The position numbers and the translations under genes were made by a program. A DNA stretch of 64,000 bases from Schmidtea polychroa (taxonomy: Eukaryota): NCBI GenBank assembly GCA_044892525.1, contig CM097886.1:142104001-142168000 (forward strand), in the 5' to 3' direction. Numbering within the stretch: position 1 is the first letter of the stretch; each line of letters begins with the position of its first letter. The notes beneath the pieces are model-generated. The model saw nothing but the letters and a program-made list of their open reading frames with translations, was not told the DNA's origin and did not search any database. Positions 63,358 through 64,000 of this stretch are shown here, one piece after another.

Positions 63358-64000
63358 TTAGTCCTCATCGGACAAAATAACGTCATCGATATCGATGTCA
63401 TCTTCTCCAAAATCTTCATTTAATTCTTCCTCATCTTCTCCATCATTTTCTCCAACATTTTCTGAAACATTTTCTGCAACAATTTCTCCAACATTTTCTC
63501 CAATATTTAATTCACTTAATCTTACATGCCCATATGCAAGACTAGTATTTTGCCCCACCCAAACCCTTTTGTCATCTTTGTTAGTTAGTGCTATTTTTGT
63601 GTTTTTAATTGTAAAAATTTGATGATTTTTGCTTGTTATTTTAGTCTGAGGAACCGAAAAAATCTGGTTAGTGTTATAACAATCCAGGTATGACTGATGT
63701 TTTATGTCACTACCTTTCAATGTTACACCTTTAGCCTTTTTTGTTTCCTCATCACCCAACAAGCTATAACATTTAGGTCTAAGAAAAACCCACTCCTTAT
63801 ATTTAAGACCTTTATTCTCGTCTTTGAACTTTCCAATGACTGAATCAAGGTTCTTACTATATAAGGAATGACAACTATTGTAATTGGAAGTATCCAATAA
63901 ATTATCTCGAACCATTGCAGGTAAAAGAACCTCAAGTTTGCAGTTAATGACTTCGAGGAAAAAAGAATCTGTATCACCTGCAACGATATTAATTTTACAA
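63358..64000 (-). CDS. C-terminal part of a second, divergent protein-primed PolB (runs off the window)
   Basis: The frame is open from the window edge: AGDTDSFFL, LDTSNY, GKFKDE, FLRPKCYS, KAKGV, DDKR, then an acidic tail. Confidence 0.9.
   Translation of the reverse strand, partial: CKINIVAGDTDSFFLEVINCKLEVLLPAMVRDNLLDTSNYNSCHSLYSKNLDSVIGKFKDENKGLKYKEWVFLRPKCYSLLGDEETKKAKGVTLKGSDIKHQSYLDCYNTNQIFSVPQTKITSKNHQIFTIKNTKIALTNKDDKRVWVGQNTSLAYGHVRLSELNIGENVGEIVAENVSENVGENDGEDEEELNEDFGEDDIDIDDVILSDED

Noticed and set aside
53230-63983. Antisense or overlapping short ORFs within the Polinton and piggyBac genes
   Set aside because: Shadow frames of real coding sequence.

Overview
AT-rich eukaryotic DNA, most likely from an invertebrate animal. 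The basis is GT-AG introns at positions shared with human PARN and CDC5L and a normal genetic code; the species cannot be determined. There are two N gaps (6123-6267, 49607-49736). Host genes: a complete 17-exon PARN model (17960-30171, +, 538 aa), a 2-exon CDC5L (46592-44112, -), partial ankyrin-repeat exons, and intronless decayed copies of COPA and an FKBP-type TPR gene. Between them are minisatellites, hAT and pogo-type MITEs, a Helitron-like element carrying a Penelope GIY-YIG fragment, mariner, Chapaev-like and pogo remnants, and three decayed Ty3/Gypsy elements. Two of these Gypsy elements are fused head-to-head through a 64-bp copy of CDC5L sequence. The right ~15 kb is an endogenous Polinton/Maverick (adintovirus-like) element with the full virion module: major capsid, Zn-finger-PLA2-integrase fusion, packaging ATPase, pX-like protein, PZ-like protein split by a piggyBac insertion, adenain protease, penton, fibre, a membrane protein with YPxL/PSAP motifs, and pPolB. 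The C-terminus of a second, different pPolB lies at the window edge. The most striking unexplained signal is three diverged tRNA-like Pol III units (A box, B box, oligo-T) just upstream of the capsid gene, reminiscent of adenovirus VA RNAs. All protein calls come from recalled motifs, not database searches.
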